DNA of 64,000 nt from Camelus dromedarius (Eukaryota). The stretch covers positions 38,380,001 through 38,444,000 of the forward strand of contig NC_087437.1 in NCBI RefSeq assembly GCF_036321535.1. Reading direction: 5' to 3'. Both the position numbers and the translations under genes were made by a program. A model generated the notes under the pieces. That model had not been told where the DNA came from and did not search any database. It saw only the letters and a list, made by a program, of their open reading frames with translations. Positions 51,462 through 64,000 of the stretch are shown here, piece after piece (position 1 is the stretch's first letter; each line of letters starts with the position of its first letter).

Positions 51462-51740
51462 AATGGAGGATATAAAGTTGCAAGTTATGTAAAATGAGTA
51501 AGTCTAGAAATGTAAAACATAGCATGAAACTGCAGTTAATAATACTGTATTGAATACTAGAAATTTTGCTCAAAGTGTAGATTTCAGTTGCTGTAATCAC
51601 ACAAAAACTCTGTATATCTATATAAGGAGATATGTTAATTAGTTTGACTAATAATCATTTCACTATGTCTTTGTTATATCAAATCATCATGTTGTGTACT
51701 TTATATAGTATTTTATTTAACAATAAAATAAATGGAAAAA
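51462..51740 (+). mobile_element. 5'-truncated L1 3' UTR (L1MA-like)
   Basis: 'ggatataaagttgcaagttatgtaaaatgagtaagtctagaaat...gcagttaataatactgtattgaatact...atcatgttgtgtac', then AATAAA at 51722. Flanked by the near-duplicate 'aaaataaa(a)tgga'. Confidence 0.85.
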
Positions 51741-53329
51741 TGATAATATTTTGTATGAGTGTAAATAAATATTTGCAATGAAATATTCACTAGTGCAAAA
51801 TTAACATTTTAATATATATGTAAGAAATCAATTTGTTTTTAAACTTTTTCTACTTGCCTATTATTTTGTTACTAAGAAATAAGAGCACTTTATAACTCTG
51901 ATAGTATAGCAAGCTGTGTATTTTTGGAGATTGAACATTTTTAACTAGCATTGCACGTGTTCTTTAACTTCTAGAACATTTAGTTATAGAGTAGATAATT
52001 TTTTCATTGAAATGAGAGAACAGTAACTATATTTTACTTACCTAATATTAGTAAATCTTTGTAAAATATTAGATGTGACAAAATAAAAGCTTCATGATCA
52101 TGCTAAATAAAATACATATGATATGTCCTTCTAAGTAAAAATAATAATTAAAATGTTTTCAGTTTGAGTATCTTTTTTTTCATATTTTGTTCTAAGGAGA
52201 AAAGCTGCTTCTACACAACCTTCAAGGAGAAGAATGGACTAATTCTTCACTTGCCATAACCTTTGAATTACAAATGATCACAAGGGATAAGATGAAAGAT
52301 GTAGCTTTGCTGAACACCCAACGTGAGTGGGCCAACAGAGGAAAAGAGAACTTTCAAAAGCCATTGCCAGCTGAACGTCTCCAGTGGGTTGTCTCCAGGG
52401 AAATTAATTGTTTCAGGGTGGAAGGAAGAATAAGAAACCTGTCTATTTGATAGCTTTTTTTTTTCTACTGGGATTAGGAAGCTTAAGCAACCTAATAAAC
52501 CTAAATAAAAACCACACACGAAGAGGTGTGTAATTTATGTGAGAATAAAACTGTCATTAGCTATAGGAACTTGAGAACTGTGTGTACTTTTGCATGGCTG
52601 TGTTTTATACTGCGATCATTCTCTTTTGGAGAGAAAAAGAAAAGGTCATAGAAATTATGGAATGTAACTGAAGAATGTTATTTGGACAGAATAAATAGAA
52701 TTCTTAATAGCTGGATACAGTCCTTAAAGGTTGTTGTCTTATTTCATAAATTTAATCTGAGCAAATAAGAATTCCTATTGATAAGACTGATTTAACAAGT
52801 ATGAACATAGCCTGTGGTGAAAGAGAGGTACATGTAACACAAAATGTAAAACTAGTGATGCAGGAAAAGATGTTTTAATCAATAGTGACAACTGTGAACA
52901 CATATTAAAAATACAATAAGGATTTGGTAGGATTTTATATAGAGAGCTGGGCTATAGATCCAAATATTACAGATTAATAGTTAACAGCATTGGTATAGAA
53001 TGTGGATTCTGTGCTAACACTGTATATGCTTGTTCAAAAATATTCAATTCTTGCATTCAGTTCTGAAATCATTCCAATCTAAAATGATATATTAATTATT
53101 TTAAAGGTATTTTTAGCAAAATTAAATGCATTTTCATATATTTTATTTTTATGTTGTATTCATCAATGTTATATTTGTCTCTCACAAAAAGTCTACTGAA
53201 CAAATTTGAAAGAATAAAAATTTAATTATATTTGTCTCTTCTTGATTAGTACCAGTTCATGGTTTTGTACATGCACATTTGCATGCCTCTTTGTGTGTGT
53301 ATTTAAATACAAATGATGCACATATTCTG

Positions 53330-53440
53330 TGTCACTGGAGGTCAGGAATGGTGGTAAACATACTAAAATGACCAGAATGACCACCACAACAAAGAACTCT
53401 GGCCCTAAATATCAACAGTGACAAGGTTAAGAAACTCTGA
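53330..53440. mobile_element. MER20 fragment
   Basis: 'ccacaacaaagaactctggccctaaatatcaacagtgacaaggttaagaaactctg'. Confidence 0.7.
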
Positions 53441-54009
53441 TCCAGAAACACAGGAGACACAACAATAAGAATAGAAGCTGAAATTGGAAAAATGGAATAA
53501 GTAAAGCTTGTGAATTGTTTTGTGTGACAGGATCTGTTTGCCTAACAAGTAGACATTCCCATTTTTTTCTCTGCTACCTGAACCCGAAGTTCAAGAGCTA
53601 GCAAACTGCATAGCCGAGGGAATAAATTATAATTGGTCTACACTAAACATAGTAGCTCATTGCTTTTTACTAGTTATTGGCCAAAATAAGGAGGTGAAAC
53701 TTCTGATCAAGGATGTTTGCTCTAGACTTCTTGGAATGCTGGAATCTTCACTCTGTCAAAAGAGAGAAGTCTACAAAGTGAACATCCTTTTTTGTTGTCT
53801 TTTCCTCCAGTCTGCCCCTGGTTTCTGTTAGGAGAGGCTATAGGACTTGAAGCCAGATCTGCTATCTACTAACCATGGGGGGAGGGGGGCAAACTTGTGA
53901 TTCAAATCCAACACTGAGAAGATTTTAAGATCCTGTACCCTTAAAGTTCCGCCTGTGGAACAATATTGGGGACCATTACTTACAGAATATGACTAATTAA
54001 AAACATCTG

Positions 54010-55420
54010 AGGTGGTCATATTCAGCCATAGCTGGATGGTTGTTATCAAATAACACATCGGCTGAAAATAAAAATACTGTATCTAATGAAGCACTAAAAG
54101 AGCTTTTTGAATATATCAGAGAAAAACCAAGGCATCCAAGACTTGAGAATCCAAGATGTCAGAAAGAAAGTCAGTCCAATGATGTGGACTTTCTGCTTTT
54201 CTCTACAGAACATTTAGTGATAAACACATGCAGGGCTGCACAATATTTTAAGTGTCAGGCTTTTACAGAAAATAACATTTTAGAGAAAGGAATGAAATAT
54301 TCTGTGCACGGAATCACAATACCTCAAGGAATTTATTAATTTCTAATCTCCATGGGACCACGATAAGAGGCTGAGAAATTAAACAGAAAGTAGGTGTTAA
54401 GGGGCTAAAAAAGCCAAGTTTAGAATTTTTTTTTTTTTTTTGTCCTCTGTCATTGCTGAGAATTCAACAACTGGAGCTAAGCATCTGCCCAGAAAAAATG
54501 AGCCTGGTAAAAAATCTTGGCTTTCAGTTGAGAATCCAAAAAGCCTAAGTCCCAGGAGTAAGGGCCAAGTGAAGACACACCAGCCACCAAAAAAAAAAAA
54601 AAAAAGCCAGAAATGCAGCCTCAAATTATTTCAGTTTCCCAATTGGTCATGGCCATCTATCCGTACTCCCTACCTGCCGGAAGGTAAATAATCCTTCCTG
54701 AAGGAGTGTAACGTCATCCAGAGATTCTATATATTTAATCACAATATCCCACATTTAATATAAATTACCAGGCATGTCATAACAACAACAACAAACAAAT
54801 CCAAGAGAAAAAACAACAGGAAAGATTAAATAAACCCATAATTATTATATATATATTTATATATTATAAAAGCATAAATAAATCCAGATACTAGCACTAG
54901 TAGAAATGAGCTTTAATATAACTAAGACTAATGTGTATATAAAAGTAGAGAAAAGGATAAAGCAATTTATTAGAGAATTGCAATGTATAAGAAATGCATC
55001 AAAAGAGAATACTAGAACTTAAAAAATATAATAACTGAAAGAATTTAATAGATACATTAAAGGCAGCTCAGTTGGACACAGCAGAAAAGGGAATTCATTT
55101 TCTAAAAGACAAATCAATGTAAAATAATCCAAACTGGAATGAATACAACAAAAAGATGGTAAATACAAGGAGCAAACATAAAATAAAATATAGTTCATGA
55201 TGAAAGTAAAAATATACATCCAATTTGAATATCAGTATCATGCTTAAGGATAATGAGGCAAAAGTAATATTTGAATAGATACTACCTAAGAATTTTCCAA
55301 AACTTCAGATGATAACAAGTTACAAATTCAAGAGCTGCTATAAATACCAAAGAAGATGATATCAATATAGTAACAATCCCTAGAAATATTATGGTCAAGC
55401 TCCTATTGAATACCAAAAGC
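54010..55420 (+). mobile_element. Ancient L1 5' region/ORF1 remnant (L1M4/L1ME-like)
   Basis: A-rich strand carrying 'ataataactgaaagaatttaatagat', 'gacacagcagaaaagggaatt', 'aatatttgaatagatactacctaagaattttccaaaact' and 'acaaattcaagagctg'. Reading frames are broken. Confidence 0.7.
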
Positions 55421-55832
55421 AAGAAAGCTTCTGGAATGTGGGTAATACTCCACATTTTGATGTGGCTGATGTTTATACAGACTCAGGATTTGTGCATATT
55501 ATTTATTTACACATTATTCTTTATAATTCAGTGATTACCAATAAAAGGCCCTAATCTTTTCTGTAATTTATATTCAAAACTTATCAGTTTATAGATATTG
55601 AATAGCATATTAGTAGCACTGCTACCATGCTGGGGTGAAATCTTAAAAATTAAATTGGTATGGAAATAAGGTATTTATGTCTTTATTTTAGAAAGTATTA
55701 AATCCTTGGTGTGTAGAATGGATTATATGGTGCAATTCTGTTGGCAGAAAGATTGGTTTGAAACTGACCTCATTGCTTGTTCAATGATTTCCTTGTAAAA
55801 TTGGCAATGAGTTCCTCTGAGTTGGTATAATA

Positions 55833-56402
55833 TTGTGATTTGCCCTGTTAATTCCCTTCAACTAAAGACCACCAGGAACTCCTTAGTTGAACAAATTGGG
55901 TTCACTACTGATAGCAGTTAGGAAAACATACACCGTGGGGAAACCACAAAACATCTCAGAAAGAGGGTCTAATCAAGAAACTATTACAGAATTTGTGACT
56001 TGGTTAAGTAATTTCAGGGAGAATCTATGTATGTGAGGGATTGCTCTGGATTGGATGGTGTTAGAAAATAAGGCCAGTTTCATGACTGGGTATCTCAAAT
56101 CTTATCTATAGGGAGAGAATACCAGAGTAAGGGTGAAGCCTTGATTGCTGAAGACGTAGCAGTCACTTATTTAGTGAAAGAAAAGGATGTCTGGCATTTT
56201 ATGGATTTCACAGTGATCCATTTTTGTCTCACTTTATCAGGGTAAGCTCATTTATACAGATGTTCTATGATATTGTTTCTGTCCAGAAAGAGAACTATAT
56301 GATTTATCTGTAAACTTCATATCATTTGGGATAACACTGAGGCCTAGATGTGAGGTCAGAGCAGGTCCCTGACATCAGGGGCTGTTTTGTTCTTTTTCAG
56401 CA
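55833..56402 (-). mobile_element. Ancient ERV solo LTR (MER7x/MER9x-like)
   Basis: TG...CA-bounded block of about 570 bp with 'accaggaactccttagttgaacaaattgggtt' and 'ctgggtatctcaaatcttatcta'. Subfamily uncertain. Confidence 0.55.
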
Positions 56403-57831
56403 TCAAGTAGATACTATACAGTTCTTGGTTTTCCTAGAGTCCCATTAACTGACCTGCTTCATTACAGAGGGACAATAAGCTCACAGGAATAATACAAAGA
56501 AGAGAGAAAGGGATACAGGAAGAGGTCAGTTATAAAAGAAAAAAATATGTAAAGGTATGAAGTTATAAAAACTGACAGATGATATAAATATAGTAAGAAA
56601 AAAATAATGTTGTCTGTATCCTATATTAAACAAACAAACAAACAAAAAAAACCCCTAGTACTTGGTTTCGAAAGAATATTTGAAGGAAAATATACTGTAT
56701 CCTTCCACAGAAAGCCAGAATGGAGAAATGTGGCTGGAGAGGTGGACACAGAAGCAACAGACCAGGGAAAGGCGAGATATTCTCACGATAGATTTACTCA
56801 TCTAGGGATAATCATTTGGGGAAAGAGAGCTACGAACCTTGTTCCAGTTCAGCAAACAACCCAGGGCCAGTCAGATTTATAAGACCACATGGATTTGGAC
56901 AAACTGATCCAAAATAGCCTATGTGGATTAAAGAGCAGAAGGACCTTCCTTACGCTCTGAACCTGTTAAATCTGCGATCTTCAGAAGGCACAAGGATAAC
57001 AAAGTAAATTTTTCACCACAATAGAAGTGGTGGTCTAAAGTTAAACATGATTTAGAAAAGCAGGGTTGTGTTTACTCTGAAAAATAAATTATCGTTTATT
57101 TTACTTTAGTGTGACAGCAAAGTAAAAGCTATAACCTATATAGTCTTCCTATTTCTTAGCACAGAAATACCAAAAACGTGCAAAAATTAAATGTTCTGTC
57201 ACTAAGCTATTCAAGGGAAGCACTCAAGTATGCTGCCACTGTTTTTTTTTTTTTTTTAGGATTGGCATGACACTAATTTTCAGCTATTTTTAATATCATG
57301 ATTTTGCCCCTTATATCCTTTGAATTTTTTAATTTATGGAAAAGAAGCATTGATAAGTCTTACAAAATATATATTAAAATACTCAGTTGTCATGCATCTT
57401 AAGTAAGGGGGTGGTAAGATTGATTTTTAAAACCCAGGTCACTAATTGTGGCTTTGGTGACAAAGTGAGTGAAGCAGGCATAGAAAAATGCCAATAACAG
57501 ATTGAGAAAAGATTGATGTATTCAAAGTCCTGGTCACTGAAGCTGCTAACTTTAAGGATCCTGCTGTTCCCAGGAAAAGGCTTGTAGCACTATTGTCACA
57601 GGGATGGGACCTGTAAGGGGAAGCTTGTGAATAAGAAGAGTTGCACAGACTACAGACGTTTGATGCTCTATAGCTTTGTAAAATGTTTGCAAACTGGAAA
57701 CAGAGTCAGTGGAAAACTTGAGTATGTTATTTATACTTTCAATATGTTTTATCTTAGGCTAACAAGATTTAATCATAATGAAGAAACATTGACTCTGAAA
57801 GAGAACGACACAGAAGACAAATTTAACAACA

Positions 57832-59054
57832 TATACTAAGTTGAATAGTGTCCCTTTCAAAAGATATGTCCACCTGGAACCTCAGAGTACTACTTTCTTT
57901 GAAATGAGGAGTGGAAGCCCATGGTTGGGTTAACAAATTGTAACAGACCCCAGCCTCTTGTCTCCTTGAAGAAGAGCAAATGTGCTTAGTAACTGCCTTG
58001 CTTGCATAGCTGAGGTTTTAGATAGCACTCTGCTCATTGCAAAGCAACGACCCAGGCCCTCGGCTATAAATGCTGGGCGTGCCTGCTGTTAGATAGTCTT
58101 CTATCCCCAAAGCAAGGAACTGGCTGGTCTGGTGGTCTGCTTCAACATATCTATAAGAATGTATCTTGTTCTCCTCTTCCCATGACTTCCCTAAAGATAA
58201 AACTGTAGGCCCCCGATTGTGAGAACAAAGGAACAAGTCTTGGGCTGGAATGGTAAACAAGTTATAAAAATCTGCAGTCTCAGAGGTGAGAAGGCTGGTT
58301 AGCCAATGATGGGTAAGATCCCCAGAGGTGGGCAACCTAAGACAGGCACAGCCACCTGAGTCCAAGAAAAATGTTGTTAAGCAGCTGCTTCTTATACGTT
58401 CTGCCCTGATAAGCTGTAAGGCTTGCTGGTGCCAACACGAACATGATTTGCCAAAACATAAAGGGTCTTCTGACCTTGAGCCAGACTCTACAATCTCGAT
58501 CCCACCCTGTCTTTCCCTAAATTCCTGCATTCCATCACACAATTGTTAGTGATTTCTCCTTTGATTGTACACAATAAATGTGGGAGCATTTGAGAGGTTC
58601 GTGGAGTTGGCTCCCGACTCCCTCTCACTCTCTTGACCTTTTCCACAGAGTCTTGAGTAATTCATTCTGTCTCAGTGGCATTTCTGCTGGCCAGAACCCA
58701 CAGTGAGGTCTTTGCAGGTGTTAGCTAAGGATTTCAGTATGAGATTAACCTGAACTAGGGTGAATCCTAAATCCAGTAACGTGTTCTTATAAGAAACACA
58801 AAAGAAGAGACACAGGGGAGAAGTTCATATAAAGACAGACAGAGATACTAATTATGCTATAACAAGACAAGGAACAGCCCCCAGAATTGGAAGAAGAACA
58901 GGGGTTCCCTCCCGAGTCCTCCAGAGGATGTGCAACACTGCTGACTACTTGATTTCAGAATTCTAGCCTCCAGAACTGTGACAGAATACATTCTGGTTGT
59001 TTAAGCCACAAGGTCTTTGGTAATTTGCTACAGCAGCCCAAAGACACTAAAACA
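57832..59054 (+). mobile_element. MLT1C-like MaLR LTR split by a younger LTR
   Basis: 5' part 'gttgaatagtgtccctttcaaaagatatgtccac...gaaatgagg'; 3' part 'tctttgcaggtg...tctagcctccagaactgtgacagaatacattctggttgtttaagccac...actaaaaca'. Flanks caaca/caata (4/5). Confidence 0.85.
57910..58702 (+). mobile_element. ERV solo LTR (793 bp; 6-bp TSD suggests ERV2/betaretrovirus class)
   Basis: Termini AGTGG...CCACA (the TGTGG/CCACA inverted repeat with one substitution), flanks ATGAGG/GTGAGG (5/6), CCAAT at about 58303, and AATAAA at 58573-58578. Removing it restores a continuous MLT1. Confidence 0.8.
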
Positions 59055-59499
59055 CAATATAAAAGTATCAAATATCCCATAGTATTATAGTTAATGATTA
59101 AAGGCAAATAAAATATATCACGTGCCTTTAATCGCAGGATATAGAGTACTCAAAGGAACAGGCAGAAAAGAAATTACTGAAACTTAAAAATGCATATTTT
59201 AAAATGTTTCAGAATATTTTGTGTCAAATTAAATTGGAACTATTCAGAGTGTCCCCTAATGGCTTTCATGTAAATAGAAATGTATTATTTACTCTATGCC
59301 CTAGGTAAGAGGCTCTTCTAAGGAATGATAGGGCTTATATTTCGATTTTTGCTTGTTTGCTTTATTGTTCATTATTTTTTTAAATATTTGGTCCTCATCA
59401 GAGCATCCAGAAGAACACTGTCTATTTTATACAGGGCTATCCATATGCCAACACCATCCTTCACCAATCTCTTTCTCTCTCTCTCTAAAGCAATGACTT

Positions 59500-61470
59500 C
59501 CTTCTTTGTTCATGAAACAATCACATCTCAGGCTCCTTTTTAGGTGATATCAAAATCAACATTTCTGCTATAGATGATCGGTCACACAGTACCTTTCTCC
59601 CCCATATTACCTTTCTCCCCCATATTACCTGTATCCTCTTCTCAAATCAAAAAGTTGATGACCTTGATTTCCTTATTACTGAGAAACTTAAGACAGAGGA
59701 AAACTTCGATTCCCATCACCACACAGACTGTCCTACCACAACTACCTTCACCTTCTACCTATAACCAAAGCTGAGATATTCTCTGTCCTACATATTCTTT
59801 CCCTCAGGTGCCTCTCTGACCTACTCAAGGGCATCACTCGTGAAATCCTTCCTTCCCTCTTCTACATTTTAATTAGTTTTGTTTCTACCAATGCTTTGTA
59901 GCCATTGCAGCCATCTTGAAAAGTCTTCTCTTCTTCTGCCACATTTTCAGATACAGCCAGACAGCTTTGCTCCTCTAGCAAAAAGGGAAACCAACAAAAC
60001 CAAGCAGAAAAACACCTCCTAGAAAAGTTGCTTGCACCTGCTGTCTCAATGTGCTCTTATAAATTTTTCCCTTAAACCTACCTCAGTCAGACTTCTGTGT
60101 CCAACATCTGATGCCAGTTGTTCTCATCCTAGTAACCATAACATCCACATTGCCAAATCCAACGGTGAGTTCTCAGTCCTTACCAGTCCTGAGTATCTGA
60201 GCATTTAAAACAGCTAGTCTCTCCCTTTTTCTCTCTCTTCATATTTTTAACTTGACTTCCAGGACTTTTGCCTTCTCTCCTCTGTGATGGCACTTTCTTA
60301 GTCTTTTCCTGGTTCATTTCCTTCTCTATTTGTTAAAGTTTGAAAATTCAGAAGACTATCCTGTAACTCTTTCTTAGTATCTACACTTGCTCTATTGATG
60401 ATCTCATTCTGTCTCATGTCTTTCAATGCCATCTCTATGCTATTAACTCCTGGATTTTATCTCGAACTAAGACCTCTCCTCCAATCTCTATATCATATAT
60501 TCAAAAACTTGCTCAGCAAATTCATTTTAAAACCAAATATACAACTCAATGCCAAATGTCCAAAACTGAATGTCCCATCTTCCCACACAACGACCTCACA
60601 CACATCTTTTCTTATCTCAATGTATGGCAACTCAACCTCCCAGGCAAAATCCTTTGAGTTATCCTTGACCTTTCCCCTAATCTTAAAACGAATCCGAGAG
60701 TCTGCATCTTCTAAATATATCTGGAATCCATCTACTTTTTATTATTTTTAATAAAGACACTATTATGTCTTGCTTGAATTACCATGATAGCCACCTGGTA
60801 TTTTTTTTGTCTTTCTTCCCTTGTCTCCCTCCCCACAGTCTAGCTCAAATGAAGCACCTAGTTTGATACTTTTAAACCACAGGCCATGTTAAATTTGTTC
60901 AGCATTCTTTAGTGGCTCCATATTTCACTTCAAGTAAAATCAAAAATCCCTACAATTTTCTAAATTTCCTACATTTTTATGGCCTCAATCCCCCATAAGC
61001 TTCCGACTTTATTTATCCAACCCGCAGCTTCCTCTCTGTTGTTGCAGTGTGCCAGGTGCGCCCGTGTGCTAGAGAATTTAAACAACTGCTTCCTCTGCCT
61101 TGTTTGCTCTCCTCACAATATCCCCCTGATAAACTCTCTCACTTTCTTCAGGGTTTGCTCAAATCCCTTAGTGTTTTCAATGAAGAACACCCTGGTTACC
61201 CTAATTAACACTGCACTATCCCTTTGCCTGCTTTTCTAGCTCTAATTTTTTTGTCGCTCTTATCACCTTTAACATACAATATAATTTAATTGTTGACCAT
61301 GTTTTCCTATTTTTATCTGTTTCGCCTGCTAGAATGCAGGCTTCAGAAGCACAGCAGTCTTTTTCTTGCAAGTACACTAATGCACAGAAAATATACAGAA
61401 TAGTACCTTGTTCACTGTAACTACTAAATAAACACTTTTGAATAAGTAAAAAATCAGTGAATAAATGAAC
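59500..61470 (+). mobile_element. L2 LINE (L2a-like) 3' ~2 kb
   Basis: 'catccacattgccaaatccaacggtgagttctcagtcctt', 'tgtccaaaactgaa', 'tgtcttgcttgaattacc', 'cctgctagaatgcaggctt' and the terminal 'gtgaataaatgaa'. Confidence 0.85.
59590..59630. repeat. 18-bp tandem duplication
   Basis: ACCTTTCTCCCCCATATT twice (59591-59626) plus ACCT. Confidence 0.9.
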
Positions 61471-62750
61471 CTTTTTTAATCCCTGCAGGAAGCTCAAAAT
61501 GCAAGCTTATAAATACTAAATGGAATACTTTCTGTGTACTAGTCTCATAAATGGCAAAGGCAAATAAATGAACAAGATATTGTCTCCCAGGTGATAATGA
61601 TGTAAAAATAACCACATCTGCAAAGTTTAAAATTCTAATTTAAGGTAAAATGCTAAAAGGGAGGTAACACAGCTACAAAAGCTCAGTTAGGAATGGAACC
61701 AAAGATATTTCATGTTAAGGGTATAACACGATTTTAGACACTAGAGCCGAGACTATCTGGCATGGCTAATTCGTTTGTCAATACCTCAGAAATATTCATC
61801 AGGTGTTTTGGAGTATCTACAGTGAGATGAACCCTGGACTCTGGAGATACAAATATAAATACTACTGGATTACTGCTTTCAATATTTTGGCAGTATTTCA
61901 GCTAGTATCTTACGTATTTGTAAATTATGACATTGAGACCATTTGACTGACTTCTTTTGCAACTGTATATCCCACATAGGAATAACTGAGACTTTCAGGA
62001 AGGCTACAATGTCAAGAGTACGTAGGTTTTATAGGCACAGAGCAAACATATCCAAGATGCTATCCTTCAAGATAAACTCCTACATGTTAACATCTGTGCA
62101 GTTTGGACAACTGACAAAAGTATATTTAGAAAATACGTTGCTATATTTCAGTGAAGTGTCTGAACCTTCTATATCAGGGTTCAATGAATTGAATTTGACA
62201 TACTCAAGAGGCCCACTGAGGAAGTGCACTCAAGGAAAGCAGACCATTTCACACACGACCTCACCATCCACATAAGACATAGTAAAGCCATACACATCGG
62301 TCACAGTTTATTCTCTAAGGTGGATACATTGGGGACATTGTGACTGTGGCAATGGCTTTCTACAAGTAGGGAGAAAAAAGAAAACAAACTGCGTCAACAC
62401 TCTATACAACTCAAAACACCATTGGCTAAATGTTTTTTTCATGAGCCATATTTTATTCTTTTCCTCTTCCAAACAAAATTTATAGAAACACTACAATTAA
62501 AAGCATATATGCAATCCCTAGCACATAGTAGGTACACAATAAACATTGTTGATGGATGACTAAGATGATATATGTAATAAAAATAATAGTATATGATAAA
62601 ATCATAGAAAATGATAATAAGCTAGAAAGTATACTACTTTACTTATATTTACATCTAACATTTCTGATAACCTGAGTAAAAAGAAACAATTTAGTATATA
62701 AACCTCATTATCAAATGAAAGAAAGTATCCCAGAGTCTGACCTGAGTTTC

Positions 62751-62844
62751 TTATTTATTTATTTACTGGAGGTACTGGGACTGAAGTCAGGACCTTGTGC
62801 GGGCTGAGCATGCACTCTACCACTGAGCTATTTCCCTCCTCCCC
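62751..62844 (-). mobile_element. Camelid tRNA-derived SINE (Vic-1-like)
   Basis: The reverse complement reads GGGGAGGAGGGAAATAGCTCAGTGGTAGAGTGCATGCTCAGCCCGCACAAGGTCCTGACTTCAGTCCCAGTACCTCCAG(TAAA)n: Pol III A box TAGCTCAGTGG, a degenerate B box, and an A-rich tail. Confidence 0.88.
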
Positions 62845-63152
62845 TACTTAATATTAATTTCATTGCTGCTACTTCTATTCTTGGATCAGATTTAGAGCTG
62901 TTTCAAAGCAGAGACATGGATTCTACAAACGCTTACAGGGTCTGGTAGGTAACTTAACTGTGCAAACAAGCTCGATGCATGGAAATACCAGTGGAAAGCT
63001 CTCCTGACCCATCTTTATAAAAGAGACAAGTGCTGTGTAGCTCCAGCTGACAGACAACTGACGGAGATGTCAAATCAATATTACCAGATCTTTTGTATTT
63101 TTGTAAAGAAAGCCAGGTTTTTGTATTTTTATTAGTTTTTAAGTATAATTTC

Positions 63153-63240
63153 CATATATATATATATGTATATATGTGTATATATATATATATACATATA
63201 TATATATACACATATATATTTACACATATATATATATTTA
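63153..63240. repeat. Compound (TA)n/(TG)/(CA) microsatellite
   Basis: Visible directly in the sequence. Confidence 0.95.
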
Positions 63241-64000
63241 GATGTTGGCATTCTTTTTTAAAGTTAGGTTAGGTCAAATATATGACCAGCAGGCTCCAAG
63301 ATTATAAGTTTTGCTTTATAAATGATTGTTCTAATTGAGTATACTTCCTGGCATATAGAACATTAGTAAGGGCCTACTGAATTAATCGCTGTCTAAACGA
63401 TAGGCCTAAAGGAAGAAGAAAAAGAAGGAGTGTTTTTATTTGTTTCATCATCACCACTACATTCTCGTTCTACATGATGTATTTTTGAGAAGGTTTAACA
63501 GTTTTTATGTCTCAAATATTTTTTAATTTCATGTTGACAATAGATAATAATCATTTTTCTTTGTGGTGCTACAGATAGAAAAACTGAGATTGGTCATACA
63601 ATTAATATCATTTGGGAACCATACAAGGACTAGCACGACAGAGGTTTATGCTTTTTCTACTAGGCACACATCCTTTTAGAATTCAAAATGTGAATGTACC
63701 TAAAATTTTCATAAACAAAGCAATATGCATGATAAATTCACTCATTAGATAGGTCACACTTGTAAGTAAACTGTAATTTGAGTAATTTGAGTAACATTGT
63801 ATCAAATATATAAAAGGTACTTTTGCATATAATCTGTTTTAAGTACTTACGTTAATGATGAGGACACTGAAGACAGTTTAGAGTATATGGCTTTCCTACT
63901 ACCATAGAGACAGTTTACAATCTTACACATTTGTATAGAAATATTATAAAATCAGAAAACACTAGGATAGTGCTACCATCTAAGTCTCATGTGGACTATT

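Noticed and set aside
54040..54691. 99-aa and 83-aa Lys-rich ORFs
   Set aside because: They lie in a decayed, A-rich old L1 5' region, and the poly-K/poly-F runs come from homopolymers.
60395..61497. 118-, 86- and 93-aa ORFs
   Set aside because: They are chance open frames within a degraded L2 3' region.
62767..62844. tRNA gene
   Set aside because: The B box is degenerate, there is no acceptor stem, and it has an A-rich tail, so it is a SINE.
1..64000. CRISPR arrays, operons, defence islands or other prokaryote-type systems
   Set aside because: This is mammalian repeat-rich non-coding DNA, with no regularly spaced repeat-spacer array and no gene-dense ORF structure.

Overview
AT-rich, CpG-poor eutherian genomic DNA with no CpG island and no protein-coding gene I can recognise, so it reads as a large intron or intergenic tract. 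The animal is very probably a camelid: there is a tRNA-derived Vic-1-type SINE at 62751-62844 and a young camelid-type L1, and no ruminant BovA/BovB, pig PRE-1 or primate Alu elements. Almost all explainable sequence is transposon debris: ancient MIR, L2 and L1M fragments, MaLR (MLT1) LTRs, hAT/Tigger DNA transposons, and several ERV solo LTRs, some with recoverable target-site duplications (TSDs). The only ORF with a recognisable product is the L1 ORF2 C-terminus (42211-42705). It belongs to a 5'-inverted (twin-primed) L1 insertion with an unusually short non-inverted arm. Other points of interest are a perfect 21-bp duplication that doubles a consensus ISRE beside a candidate exon, an ERV2-like LTR nested in an MLT1, and an AT-only tract built from interleaved inverted repeats. 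I found no convincing previously undescribed biological system. Repeat subfamily names come from remembered consensus sequences and most old-repeat boundaries are approximate; both need RepeatMasker/Dfam confirmation.
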